Assembly (NCBI GenBank): GCA_030324005.1
Contig: JARDVH010000163.1
Span: 40,259,078-40,323,077, forward strand
Direction: 5' to 3'
Source of the DNA: Negaprion brevirostris
Lineage: Eukaryota
DNA: 64,000 nucleotides
The position numbers were made by a program, and so were the translations under genes. The notes below the pieces were generated by a model, which was not told the origin of the DNA, ran no database searches, and worked only from the letters and a program-made list of their open reading frames with translations. Shown in pieces: positions 1 through 13,069 of the stretch (within the stretch, counting starts at the first letter, position 1; every line of letters starts with the position of its first letter).

Positions 1-149
1 GTAACACACCTTGCCTAAGCCTGCTGTCACCTAAGCCCAGTGAGCCAAAGCCCTTACAGCTCTCACTCTGCTCCCAACTCACTCTGCTGCCCACTCCCAA
101 CACTGCCCGCTGTGTACTGTGGCCTTCTTTTTATACTCCCGTGCTCCCT

Positions 150-720
150 TCCTGACATGAATTTGGTTCCTGGGATGAGGAAATTCAGTTACTTAGATAG
201 ATTAGAAAGGTTGGGACTCTTCCTTGGAGAAGAAAAGGCTGTGATGAGATTTGATAGCAGCACTCAAAATCTTGAAGGGTTTGGACAGAGTAGATAGAGA
301 AAAATCTGTTCCCATTGGTGGAAGCATCAAGAACACAGGAACAATTTATCATGGCCAATGCACTTAATCAGCACATCTTTAGGACTGTGGGAGGAAATCT
401 CAGTACCTGGAAGGAACCCACACAGACACAGAGAACAAACACAGGGAGAACATGCAGACTCTGCACAGACAGTGGTCCAATCTGCGAATTGAAGCCAGGT
501 CCTTGGCACTGTGGGGCAGCAGTGCTAGCCACTGTGCCACCGTGCCACCCTATTCACAGCGAGTGTTTAGGAAGTGGAATACACTGCCTCTGAGACTGTG
601 GTGGAGGCAGGTTCAATCGAACTATTCAAGAAGAAGATCTGAAAAGGAACAATGTGCAATGTCCTTGGGGGAAGAGAGAGTGGCATTGGGTAGGTTGCAG
701 CTTTGGTTAGCAGCGTAGAC
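150..720 (+). mobile_element. CR1-type LINE 3' fragment, interrupted by a SINE
   Basis: VPGMRKFSYLDRLERLGLF peptide typical of the CR1 ORF2 C-terminus; resumes after the SINE at about 560. Confidence 0.7.
340..549 (-). mobile_element. HE1-type tRNA-derived V-SINE
   Basis: Reverse complement of the ggcacggtggcacagtggctagcactgctgc head with A/B-box-like sequence and the cccacagtcctaaagatgtg core. Confidence 0.85.
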
Positions 721-1061
721 ACTCACAATTCTGTAATCCTGAGATTTAACTGCACTCTGTGTGAACCCAAACAGTAGGAGTTAACCAACTCGAAGTGGCT
801 TCAGCTTCAAATTACTATCTGATTTTCAAGTTGTTGATTCCCAATATCAGTTTTCACATTTCAATGTTGTAGGCAAATTTTAGTTTATTTAGAAAGGATT
901 GGTTTTGTAGATTTGAATAAGCAATACAACAGCACGCTAGCATACTTTCATTTATATTTAACGTAGCATGTTCTGTATAATGTGCGTCTTCCTTAATGAA
1001 CTAAAAGTGAATGCAGTTTCCCTTGCTATACTGGCTGTGTGGATTTAATAAAATGTAGTTA

Positions 1062-1083
1062 TTTACATTTTCTTTTGAAACAG
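1062..1083 (+). promoter_or_regulatory. Splice acceptor just upstream of the GPCR start codon (5' UTR intron)
   Basis: Pyrimidine tract tttacattttcttttgaaacag ends 14 nt before the ATG at 1098; a non-coding upstream exon is typical for this receptor group. Confidence 0.55.
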
Positions 1084-1097
1084 AACAGTGCACAAAT

Positions 1098-2015
1098 ATG
1101 AACTGCAGCTGTGAGGTGAATGATGGCATCAAGATTTTACAGGTCATCCTCTACATTCCTACTATCATCATTGGATTAATATTCAATGCACTGGCCTTGC
1201 ATTCATTCTGCTGGAAATTAAGAAAATGGACAGAAACCACCATTTACATGACAAGCCTAGCTATTTCTGACCTCATGGTGCTTCTTATTTTGCCTTTCAA
1301 AATTTACAGTTTTCACTACAAATGGTTTAATAAGATTCCATGTAGGTTTCTTATAATCCTGCATAGAGTTAATATGTGCATGAGCATATTACTTATTACC
1401 TGCATTAGTGTGGATAGGTACATTGCAATAAAATACCCATTCAAGGCAAAGACATTGAGGTCACCAATGAAAGCAGCAGGGACATCTGCAGCTATCTGGA
1501 TTTTTACAAATTTGTGGAACATTAGTTTTTTAACTAAATTTTACAGTACATTCAATGGAACAAACTCAAGCATAGTCTGCTTCTCAACGTCTTTTAATGA
1601 GAAATCAATATTTTATACTGTTCCGAGTTTGATAGTATTTCTACTTATTCCACTGATCATTGTGACTTTTTGCTCATCTCAAATTATCCAAATACTTCTG
1701 CAAAGAAATAGGTCAAATGTAGGAGAGTTTAACACAAGGAGAACTCTACGAATTATTACGGCAAATGCAGTTGTCTTTGTTGTTTGTTTTCTGCCTTTCA
1801 ACACAACAACTTTTATTCATGTTGTAATGAGGTATCTAGAAGCTGATTGCAGTATGCTGAAGCTGATGTGTACCATCAGCGAAGTGGCAAAGTGTTTAGC
1901 CAATGTCAACTGCTGCCTTGATGGATTTTGCTTTTATCTTGTTACTGTTGAAGCAAGTGAAATTTTCCAGAAGGACTCTGATAACAATCAAACCATTGTG
2001 TTTTCCACACTGTGA
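1098..2015 (+). CDS. GPR35-like / GPR55-like class A orphan-type GPCR, 305 aa, single coding exon
   Basis: Intact ORF with seven hydrophobic segments and family motifs GLIFNALAL (TM1), WTETTIYMTSLAISDL (cf. GPR35 WTETRIYMTNLAVADL), SVDRYIAIKYP, LRSP, FVVCFLPFN (TM6) and NCCLDGFCFY (TM7). GPR35 versus GPR55 orthology is not resolved. Confidence 0.9.
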   Translation: MNCSCEVNDGIKILQVILYIPTIIIGLIFNALALHSFCWKLRKWTETTIYMTSLAISDLMVLLILPFKIYSFHYKWFNKIPCRFLIILHRVNMCMSILLITCISVDRYIAIKYPFKAKTLRSPMKAAGTSAAIWIFTNLWNISFLTKFYSTFNGTNSSIVCFSTSFNEKSIFYTVPSLIVFLLIPLIIVTFCSSQIIQILLQRNRSNVGEFNTRRTLRIITANAVVFVVCFLPFNTTTFIHVVMRYLEADCSMLKLMCTISEVAKCLANVNCCLDGFCFYLVTVEASEIFQKDSDNNQTIVFSTL

Positions 2016-3076
2016 AGATCCGATTATTGGATGAACATACTAGCTAGCATTTAATTCCTGATGTACATAATGCATTATAGCATGGGCCCTGGAAATACAT
2101 GCTAAGCAACGTAATTATTTTGTGCTTGTATTTAATTTATTTTGCAAAACTCAGCAACATTTTAATGCTATGCATATTCTCAGCTATTCTCAAATCCTCC
2201 TATTGACGCTGACTTACAATCTGATAATTCATTATTCACCAATGACAAAAATTAACTCCAAATGAAGTGTTAATTTGTTCTTAATCATGCTAATTTTATA
2301 AAGTACAATTAGCGTGGCTGCCTGAAATGTCAAGCACTTAAGGGAAAGTTGGAAGTCAATTCTCCGGCTGAAATAGTCCAGAGTGTGCTTAATGTATTAA
2401 ATGTTTAAACTTATTTATTAGTGCCACGTGTAGGCTTACAAGGAGAAGGAGGAGGTAAACAGACAAGTCAAAGGAAGAAAAGAAGTGAATGTAGTTATTT
2501 TCCAGAATTGGAGATACTCAGAGTTCTTGTAGGGTTGTAGAGAGAATTGCAGTCAAAGATAAGCCAAAATAACAAGTGAATGGAAGATGGAAATGAGAAT
2601 TTTATATTTGAGACATTAGTGGACTAGGAGCTAATGACAGATACTAATGGCAGAAATGATGCATGATCTGAATTGTGTGTTAGGTCAAGACTAGCAGAGT
2701 TTTGGAAGGTGGGAGGCTGGCCAGGAAAGCATTGGATTGATCAATTCTGAAGGTAATGGAAGTATGGCTGAGTTTCAGAAACAGATGGGCATGTGTCAAA
2801 ATGGACAATGTTGTAACAGAAAATCTTGATGATCGAGAGGAATTACAAACTCAACTTAGAGATGAATAGGAAACTTATGTTGACAATTATCTGGGTTAGC
2901 CTGAGACAACAGTTGGAGAGGGAGGTCCCATAGGAAAAGGGAGACAAAAGAAATAACGTTGCTCTTACCATTTTTAAACGGTGGAAATTGCTGTTGGTCC
3001 AAGGCTGGGTGATAGACATGCAGTGTGACCACACAGAGACAGTTGAGGGATTGAGGGAGGTAGTGACAAGTTAGGG

Positions 3077-3370
3077 AAAAGCAAAATACCGTGCATGCTG
3101 GAATCTGAAACAAACACAGAAAATTTTGGAAAATCTCAGCAGCATCTGTGGGAGGGAATAGAGCCAACATTTTGAGGCTAAATGACCCATTTTCAGAGGG
3201 TTGGGGGGTAAACCAGTGAAGGAGCTTCTGTGGTCAAGTTTGGATTAGTGAAGGGTCAGCTAGACTTGAAACGTTGGTTCTATTCTCTCCACACAGATGC
3301 TGTCAGATTTGCTGAGATTTTCTGCATTTTCTGTTTTTATTTCAGATTCCTGCAGTATTTTGCTTTTATC
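3077..3370. repeat. Inverted pair of MER6/Penelope-tail-like elements (hairpin)
   Basis: aaaagcaaaatac...gctggaatctgaaac...cagcatctgtggg... at 3077-3198 and its reverse complement at 3250-3370. Confidence 0.65.
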
Positions 3371-3502
3371 TTTGGATAAGTTAGGGTGGATCATGTAAGG
3401 CCAGTCCAACAGAGGTGAATATCAAAGCAGAGGCTATCGAGGAGGATTACATGGTTTTCTGGATGAAAGAGAGATCAAATGGAATTTTAAAAATGCAGAG
3501 TG

Positions 3503-3882
3503 GGTCAGCACGGTGGCACAATGGTCAGCAATGCTGCCATACAACATNNNNNNNNNNNNNNNNNNNNNNNNNNNNNNNNNNNNNNNNNNNNNNNNNNNNN
3601 NNNNNNNNNNNNNNNNNNNNNNNNNNNNNNNNNNNNNNNNNNNNNNNCTGGGTTCAATTCCTGGCTTGGGTCACTGTCTGTGTGGAGTTTGCACATTCTC
3701 CCCCTATCTGTGTGGGTTTCCTCCAGGTGCTCTAGTTTCCTCCCACAGTCCAAAGATGTGCAGTTTAGTTGGATTGGCCATGCTAAATTGCCCCTTAATG
3801 TTAGGGGATAGGGCCTGGTTGGGATTGTGGTCGATGCAGACTCAATGGGCCAAATGACCTCCTTCTGCACTGTATGATTCCA
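3503..3882 (+). mobile_element. HE1-type SINE spanning an N gap
   Basis: cagcacggtggcacaatggt head, gtcactgtctgtgtggagtttgcac body and CR1-like tail. Confidence 0.85.
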
Positions 3883-4601
3883 TGAGAAAACATAGAATGA
3901 AAAGTTTTAGCGCATTGTTGCAGTCACAGAGGATGACATTTTGTCATTTTGCCTAGGGCCTGTTCAGTGCAGTTGTGAGGTAGAAATCTAACTGAAGAAA
4001 TTAAAGCAAAAAGTTGCAGAAATTCTTTGCAGAGATTTGGGAAGGGGGCACCATATTCAAGAACTTGAGAGGAAAAGGGAGTTGGAGGTGAAGCAATAAT
4101 TAAAGGCAAAGTGATCAAGGGTGTATAAACTCACATTCCACAGAAGAAGAATGGATCAAGAATAGTTTTAGAAGCTTAATTTATTGTTTTGTCAACGCTA
4201 CAAAATTGATCTGCTTAAAAATATTTAATTTCAGCTGAAGGTTCTCTTCCATTTAAATGCTGCTGGTAAGCTAATGTGACTGGGTTCGGTACCAGACACA
4301 TGAAAATGAGGATGAGGTGTTGTGTGGCTTCCCATTAGCATTTCAGAACATTGCTCAGGAAGGATGGCAAAGAATACAATCAAAGGGATATTTTTGCTCG
4401 CTCTGACTCACTGTGTGATATGCCCAGGATCAGCTGAGGCAGCTTTAGTTACATTTCCTAAGCTTTAGCTTTGAATGAACCTTCCAATATTTTCCTAGAC
4501 ACTTGCTTTACAGAGTCTAGATCTAAGTCTTGGTACTATCATATTTCATCCCTTTCACTCAATATTGTGGTACTATGAAGGCTCTAAATATGCCTCAGTC
4601 A

Positions 4602-4783
4602 GTCTCCTGAAGAAAAGCAATATCAGTGCTAAGGTTCTTAAGATCTGGGAGCACTTTAGAATGCTTTACTGGGCCATTCAGTCCCCTAATATTCCATGAG
4701 TGAGAGCACCGTATCATTCTGACTGCCTGCACTAGTCACGCATGTAGGAAGACTTTAAAACAAGTCAGCAACTTGAATGATAT
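4602..4783 (-). repeat. 182-bp direct duplicate of 5961-6142 (L1 EN start)
   Basis: By-eye alignment gives 5 mismatches in 182 bp. Confidence 0.85.
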
Positions 4784-5719
4784 TGATGTATAATGCTATT
4801 GTATATTGATTATTTTATTGACTACTTCAAGATACATTTGTTTCCCTTCTCTCTTCACTGATGTGAATTCAGAATAAAAAGTATGGCAAAACAATATGTA
4901 GAGGTCGTGATCTCATTTTCATTCAGAAACCAAGACAAACCATCAGAACAAACTTCTTTTAAATTTTTTTTGTTAACTTTCAAAAAGAGAAAGGAACAAA
5001 CAAACAAAACACAATACAGTGAAACAGCCACCATCTCTGAAAAGGTGGCAATTGTGGGAGGAGGGAACTCTGCAGGGAGAAGTAATTGGGGAGGGAGGGA
5101 GGGAACTCTGCAGGAGTGGAGACTGGGGGGGGAGGGAGGGCAAGCTCCAGGAGTGTCATTTGGGGAGGGGGGGAGGGAACTGTGGCGGGGGGAGCGCGTG
5201 GTGAGGGCGNNNNNNNNNNNNNNNNNNNNNNNNNNNNNNNNNNNNNNNNNNNNNNNNNNNNNNNNNNNNNNNNNNNNNNNNNNNNNNNNNNNNNNNNNNN
5301 NAATCTGCAGGCAAAAGTGATTGCGGAGGGAGGAAGGGAACTCTGTATATTGAAGGGATTGGCGCGGGTGTGGGGGATGGATGATTTCCATTGGGCTTCT
5401 GGAGGGGTGAGAGACTGACACAGAGGTGATTGACAAGGAGACTCTTGATGTCCATCTGAGGGAGTTGAGGATAAACAGGCACAGGGGGTGATTGGCGAAA
5501 GGGTGTAAAGGGGGGCACTGATGTCCATGGGTGGGGGTGGGGGATGTAGACCGGCAGAGGGGACAATTGGTGGTGGCAAGGGGAGGGGGTACCTGATATC
5601 CATGAGATGGGTGCGGAGGGTGATAGCGGATCTCCCAGTTCACTGGGTGCTCAATGGCACCTCTAAGACCAATGGCTCAACGAAAAAGCCAGCTCAACTC
5701 TCTCCCATTTTCTCGCTCG

Positions 5720-6142
5720 TTTAACAATTAGAATTTTTTTTGCATAGACATCCACCAAAGTTATTATGGTATGAAAACGTGTGCCACTAATTATTGTATA
5801 GCAACCTCAAGGGTCTGAGATTATGTTAAAGGGGGGGGGAAGTATATTCTTTTCTTGATTAAAATTGCTGCACCGCCTAGATTTGCTGTTGAAGTTTGAA
5901 TGAAACAACTAGCCGATCCGTGCTTTGCACAATCTGGAGCAATCCTTGAGACAAAGGTGTGTCTCCTGAAGAAAAGCAATATCAGTGCTAAGGTTCTTGC
6001 GATCTGGGAGCACTTTAGAATGCTTTACTGGGCCATTCAGTCTCCTAATGTTCCATGAGTGAGAGCACCGTATCATTCTGACTGCCTGCACTAGTCACGC
6101 GTGTAGGAAGACTTTAAAACAAGTCAGCAACTTGAATGATAT
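5720..6142 (-). mobile_element. Degenerate L1/Tx1-type LINE ORF2 N-terminus (apurinic endonuclease)
   Basis: Minus-strand peptide SWNIRRLNGPVK...DIAFLQETHL matches the L1 EN motifs WN(V/I)RGL and LQETH. Confidence 0.7.
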
Positions 6143-6659
6143 GCCCATCAGAGGCATGCCACCCCTACCCCTAACAAAGAACAAAGAACAAAAAACAACA
6201 CAGCACGGGAAACAGGCCCTTCGGCCCAAGGAGCCCGCACCGCCATTTTAACATTAGGTCTTCTACCTATGACCTTTGTCTACACCTATTGGGGAAGATT
6301 GAGGGAAGACTAATTTAGGGACAATTTGTTAACACCAATCAGCCTAACAGCACATCTTTGGGGTGTGGGAGGAAACCGGAGCACCCGGAGAAAACCCACG
6401 CAAGCACGNNNNNNNNNNNNNNNNNNNNNNNNNNNNNNNNNNNNNNNNNNNNNNNNNNNNNNNNNNNNNNNNNNNNNNNNNNNNNNNNNNNNNNNNNNNN
6501 NNNNNNNNNNNNNNNNNNNNNNNNNNNNNNNNNNNNNNNNNNNNNNNNNNNNNNNNNNNNNNNNNNNNNNNNNNNNNNNNNNNNNNNNNNNNNNNNNNNN
6601 NNNNNNNNNNNNNNNNNNNNNNNNNNNNNNNNNNNNNNNNNNNNNNNNNNNNCAGTTTC

Positions 6660-8900
6660 TTATCCGTCCACACAAAGTTACAATGATCTTGGCTGGAGGC
6701 TGCCATGCATTTTCAGATTGCTGTTTGGGAGTGCTTTATGTGTTGCATCTTAGATTGTGTTCTATTCACAACAGGACGGCTCTGTGTCACAGATTTCCGT
6801 ATTTCTTTGAGTTGGCATTTGTTTTGTTGCGTCTCATGCCGTCGGGTGTTCATTCTTAATGTGATCCTGGCTCCGGGCATAAGCTAATGATTTCTGCTAG
6901 ATTCTACGTGCCATCAGTTGGTTATTGTACTCAAATCTTTTGTCTAATGTTCAGGTTCGGTAATTCAATACCCACACACCACCTGGGCATCTTTCATCTT
7001 TCCCTAATTTTGATTAATGCATCTTGTACTCAATGAATGATGCTAAGGAAAGGTTGTCTGCACTTGTTTGCTGAATAGCAATTTCATATTAGTAATGCAG
7101 CATGATGAAGGTACAAGTTCAGAATGAGTATATATATTCAGTTCTAACTGTGCCCTATAGCCTGTCCAGTGCTGATCTGCATTGCAGTGCAAGGTGGTCT
7201 TCTTCTAGTGTAAGCATGGGGTTTCCAATGAAGGTCTGTGGTCCTAATCATTGCCTTGAGTATAATGGATTCCAGAGAAAGAGGGTGGGATCCTCTGGTT
7301 ACACGTGCCTCAAAACCAGAGAATCCTGCCCGAGGTTCTTGGACCTTTGCATGGTCTTCTCCCCACCAGCTACAATTCCTGTGGCAAGTGGGATGGGAGA
7401 ATTCCAGCCAGAATCCCTGAGCAATTATTCATGGTGAATTTGGTAGCAGTTGGTTGCCACATCTGTGCTTCATATATTTTGGGTATAAAGTGGAATTGTG
7501 TTTTCACCTGCACTGTTATCTAGTTTTGCATACAGTTTGTACTGCCCCTGCATCTAAATAGGCATATTAACTCGATGGTGGCAAAGCCTTCTGTTGGTGA
7601 ACAATGCCAATACATTCTTTGATGTTCATCATCCTGAATGTCTACTCAGTTTGTGCATCAATGGTCTGGTTATCCTCATTATCTCACCATGTAGCTTAGC
7701 TAAATGTTTCCTGGATCTTACTTGGATGATGTTTATTGTATTCTCCTGCTTGATTGGATGCTGCATCTGTCTGGTCTCTGGGTGAAGCTTCTTATGACGT
7801 CAAGCCACTTGTTCCAGCCTTTGCTTTCTGCATTGGCAGAAGCAAGTGTCCTCTGGTGCCACATTTTCTTTTATTCATCTGTGAGATGTGGACATCACTG
7901 GCTGGGCCAGCATTTATTGCCTGTCCATAAAAAGAGAGGCTTGCATGGCCATTTCAGAGGGCAGTTAAGAATCAACCAAATTGCTATGGGTCTGGAGTCA
8001 CATGTAAGCCAGGCAATATCAATACACCATTGGTTCCCCATCATGCATTACACGCACTGTGGTGAGCAATTTCTGGGTGCATGTATGAGACCACACTGCT
8101 TGCATTGCTTACTAGACTTGCCTGTGTTCGCCACTGTGCCATTGGGGGACAGATTATACATAACCTGTTGACTCTGTCCACCCAGTAGCATGGCCTCATT
8201 ACTTCAGAGGTGGTTTTGGAATGCATTCCCTGGGGCAAATGCTATCACAATCTTGAATATTCTGTTGTCTAGCTCTAACTCTATAAAGTCGTAAGCATGG
8301 CCTTTTCCTCTGCATCTAATTATAAACTGATAAATAGTCTCTATCAGTTATTACTAAAATTCCAGATGGTCTATTTGTAAGTTGAGCTTCATTTGCAATT
8401 AGTCTTCAATGGTTTACCATATTTTATCTGCATTTTTTAAAATCTGGATTTCTGACAGACTGAAGTGTTCAGTCTGTGAAACCTTCATTGCCTCGTGTAA
8501 TTTTAATTTTAGTGGCTTGTTTAGCTTCTTTGGAAGTATTGAGGCTCAGAAAACATAGCTCTGAACAAAGTAAACTCATGTACAGGGTTTGCTGCATTCC
8601 AATTGAGTGTTGAATATTTTCTGGTCATCCTGTGGCTTTTTGCAGAACTTTTGTAGAACCAGGACCTTCTAGAGACAGCTACTTAAACTTTTTTTTACTG
8701 CCATTTGAAACTTGACTTTAACTTTAAGTTGCCACCACATTAACTGTTACTTACTCCAATGGTGGCACTGTTGAGCTCTGTTCCTGCTTTCCCATGCTTC
8801 GGTTAAAGTTTGCCAACAAAGCAATGATTTTAGTTCAAAATGGAACTCCAAAAGAAAAATTAAGCAGTAAACAAAATCTTTTTTGTAGCCTTTTCTTAAG
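6660..8900 (-). mobile_element. Highly decayed LTR retrotransposon (Gypsy-like) remnant with nested short elements
   Basis: Minus-strand fragments such as LLFSKQVQTTFP...LPNLNIRQK...EIISLCPEPGSH...RRNK resemble the Gypsy integrase C-terminal region; many stops and frameshifts. Confidence 0.45.
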
Positions 8901-9639
8901 AGCTCTTACTGGATGAATTCTTCTTCTCTAGTCTAGCCTGCAGTGCTTTCATCTCCCTCTGACATCCTGCAGGGATAGTAAGCAGCTGTAATTGGTTCCT
9001 CTGTCTGTGGAGTTCTGCCATACCATTCAGAAACAACCATTTAATCTCTGCTCCTGCACAGACTTTGCAGCAAGGTTGGCTTATATTAGTTAAGTTCACC
9101 CAAACTCAAACAATCTTACCAGGACCTTGTCTGAGCCAGCTCTAACAAACAGTCCTCTAGACTCCAAACATTGGCTCTATTTTCTCCCCACAGGTCCTGT
9201 CAGACTTGCTGACATTTTCCAGCATTTTCTGCTTTTGTTTCAGATTCCAGCATCTGCAGTATTTTGCTCTTAACAGTACCTTCTACCTGATGGCTGGCCT
9301 GACATGTGTTATGGCCACCCCTCAGGTGAGGTCCCCTAAAGTTGTTGTTCCAGGTCAAACTTGTCGATGTCTGACTGGGATGCACAACAAAACCCAAATG
9401 GAGAAAGTTGAAACAAGCTCCTTGACTTAATTCAACCCCCTTCATTGGTAGCAACAAGATTTAATCTAAAAAGAATCCCTATTGATGGATATCTTTTCTC
9501 AGGCCCAATAATTATATTTTGAAAGAAACCAATTAAGCTTACTTGAGTTAAAGTTTAAGTGAGTTTTTTTAACTGCTAGAAGGCAAGGAGAAATGGTAAA
9601 ACACATGCACATATGTTCTTACAGATTAGAAGTGTGTCC

Positions 9640-10550
9640 AAGGCCCAGCCACCTTCAGCTGCTCCATCAATGACCTTCCTTCCATCATATAGTCAGAAGT
9701 GGGAATATTTGCTGATGACTGTGCAATGTTCAACACCTTTCATGACTCCTCAGATATTGAAGCAGTTCATGTCCAAATGCATCAAGATGTGGACAATATC
9801 CAGGCTTGGGCTGATAACTGGAAATTAACCTTCGCACCACACAAATGCCAGATAATGATCATGTCCAATCAGAGAGAATCTAAACATTGCCCCTTGACTT
9901 TCAATGGCATTATAATCACCGACTCCTCAACTAGCAACATCCCGGGGGTTACCATTGACCAGAAGCTGAATTGGAATTGCCATATAAATATGTGACTACA
10001 AGAGCAGGTCAAAGGTTAAGAATCCTACAGACAGTAAGTCACCTCCTGATTCCCTAAAGTCTGTCCACCATCTTGAAGTGAATACTCTCCACTTGCCTGC
10101 ATGAGTGCAACTCCAACCACACTCAAGAAGCTCAACACCATCCATGATAAAGCAGCCTATTTGATTGGTACCCCTTCCACAAACATTCAATCCCTCTGCC
10201 ACTGACGGACAGTCACAGCCTTGTGTACCATCTACAAGATGCACTGCAAGAGCTCACCAAGGTTTCTTAGGCAGTACCTTCCAAGCCCAGGATTACTATC
10301 ATCTAGAAGGACAAGAGCTGCAGATGCCTGGGAACACCACCACTTAGAGGTTCCCACCCAAGTCACTTACCATCTTGCCTTGGAAATATACTGCCGTTCG
10401 TGGGTCAAAATCCTGGTATTCCTTCCCTACTAGCCAGTGAACTGGCACTTCAAGGACTGCAGTGGTTCAAGACGTCAGCTCTCCANNNNNNNNNNNNNNN
10501 NNNNNNNNNNNNNNNNNNNNNNNNNNNNNNAGCCAGCAACGGCCACATCC
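9640..10550 (+). mobile_element. CR1-clade LINE 3' portion (RT C-terminus)
   Basis: GIFADDCAMF...QAWADNWKLTFAPHKCQ...GVTIDQKLNW; the tail is shared with the SINE at 50540. Confidence 0.85.
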
Positions 10551-11169
10551 TGGAAAATAAATTTTCCAAAATTAAACCTAAACTAAGTAAGGAGACAAAA
10601 AGATATATGGAACATTTCAGCCAATAAACCTCCTTCATCCAACAGACATCAAATTACAAGGTCCAGGCAGCATAAACCTTTCAATTAAAAGCAGGATTAA
10701 TGCTCCTCTTCACTGTAAGTGAAAATGTCATTGATTCTTTCTATGTTCTCAGTCGTTGTGCACCTTTACTGGGTGGCAATGTTGGCATACTTCTAGGGAT
10801 CTTAGAGAATCTTAGATGATGCTGACCACTTTAATGACTCACTATCCTTCATGGAACAATCTTCAATCTTTTATTTAGAAGCACTGAATGTTCAGTCTTC
10901 AGAAGCTGAGGAATTTTAAGCACTTAACAGCAAGTTCCTTTTTTCACAGGGGCACCATCCACCTAGATCTTGGACATAGATTGAAGTTATGAACCTTTCA
11001 GTTCTTCAGGAGGTAAGGCCAGAAGTAGAGGGTGCAAAAGGCACGGCAGCAGATGGTGACCATCCATTGAAGACCTGCTGGACCTGATATTGGCTCTTCT
11101 CAGAAACAAGGGATGAGGAGGGAGCCATTGCTGCACTGAGTCATCTGCTGAAGCTGGAGTCCTCGACGG

Positions 11170-12370
11170 CGATTGATGCACCAGTTTGATTTTCAAGTTT
11201 GCTGATGACATCACAGTTGTTGGTCAGATCTCAAACAATGATGAGGCAGAGTACAGGAATGAGATAGAGAATCTGGTGAACTGATGCAAAGACAATAATC
11301 TCTCCCTCAATGTCAACAAAATAAAGGAGATAGTCATCGACTTCAGGAAGCGCAGTGGAGGACATTGCACTGTATTCATCATGGAGACAAAGTGGAAATG
11401 GTCAGGAGCTTCAAGTTTCTAAGTATCCAGATCACCAACAACCTGTCTTAGTCTCTTCATGCTGACACTACAGTTAAAAAAAAAAACCCACCAGCAGCTC
11501 TACCTTCTCAAGAATCTAAGGAAATTTGGCATGTCCACAATGACCCTCACCAACATTTACAGATGTAACATAGAAAGCATTTTTTCTGGTTGTATCGCAG
11601 CTTGGTTTGGCTTCTGCTCTGTTCAAGACCGCAAAAAACAACAAAGGTTCATGCACAAAGTCCAATCCATCACGCAAACCAGCCTCCCATCCATTGACTC
11701 TGTCTATACTTCCCGCTTCTTTGGAAAAGCAGCCAGCATAATTAAAGACCCCACGCAACCTAGACATATTCTCCACCACCTTCGTTCGTTGGGAAAAAGA
11801 TACAAAAGTCTGAGGTCACATACCAACTGACCAACAGGGCAGCACGGTAGCAAAGTGGTGAGCACTGTTGTTTCACAGTCCAGGGACTTGGGTTCGATTC
11901 CTGGCTTGGGTCAATGTCTGTGTGGAGTCCGCACATTCTCCCCGTGTCTGCATGGGTTTCCTCAGGGTGCTCCAGTTTCCTCCCACAGTCCAAAGATGTG
12001 TGGGTTAGATTGATTGGCCATGCTAAAATTGCCTCTTAGTGTCCTGAGGTGTATAGATTAGAGGGATTAGTGTAGGGATATGGGGTGGGGCCTGGGTGGG
12101 ATTGTGGTCAGTGTGGACTCGATGGGCCAAATGGCCTCTTTCTGCACTGTAGGGTTTCAATGATTCTATGACTGAAGATAGCTTCTTCCCTGCTGCTGTC
12201 AGACTTTTGAATGGACTTACCTCACATTAAGTTGATCTTTCTCTACGCCCTAGCCATTACTGTAATACTACATTCTGCCCTCTCCCATTTCCTTCTCTAT
12301 GAATGATATGCTTTGTCTGTATAGTGCGCAAGGAACAATATTTTTCACTGTATACTAATACATGTGACAA
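11170..12370 (+). mobile_element. Rex1/Babar-type LINE 3' portion interrupted by an HE1 SINE
   Basis: KFADDITVVGQISNNDE...LNVNKIKEIVIDFRK...QQLYLLKNLRKFGMS...YRCNIESIFSGCIAAWFG; resumes at about 12175. Confidence 0.85.
11837..12170 (+). mobile_element. HE1-type SINE, full length
   Basis: gggcagcacggtag head, ggttcgattcc B box, V core and CR1-like tail ending tgattctatg. Confidence 0.9.
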
Positions 12371-13069
12371 AATATGTTGTCTCTTTGGAATCAGTTGTAT
12401 TTCTAAAGGCTAAGCAGCATTTAGATCTTTATTGCACTGAACCCATCAGTGTATTTTCTAGTCTAGTTATTGTTGTCCATGAAGAGTTTTCCAGAGAGAA
12501 TGGCTTGTCAGAGTTCATGTCAGAGTCCAGAGATGATAACACTACTAGCAAGCTGATACCTCCCAGGGATGAAAGCTAATTGACACCCATACTTTAGTTC
12601 CAGCTCAAAGTCTTCCTGCCAGAGCCATAGCATAGGCCCCTTGACAGAATTCTTAGCTCTTCTGAAGCTGCAGAATCCAGTCTAGCAATCTTGTCCCTCA
12701 TCTTAATTGCCTGTAGGAAGTTTGTCCCATTGCAGAAAGTGGGACTACTTCGTTTCCACATCTTTCTCAGTTCTTCCCATTGTGCAGTGTAGAGCAATCT
12801 CACACAGAGAATACTCCTACAGAAACAATCCTAAAAAAAACATTGGGAAATCAGCTTTTCTATTTATCTTGAGAAAAACATGTAGAAACTTGGTACCTTT
12901 CTCCACTTTCAAGTTAATTCAAATCTCAGAAATGGGATGACTTTTCAGTCTTCACTATCGCGGTGAAAGATCTGGCTGTGGTATTCGTCATTGGAGTTGC
13001 AGATCATTCATCCTCTGTGATCACCAACAACCCTCTATGAGGATTCTTCCTCTGTGAGCTTCAAGGAAC

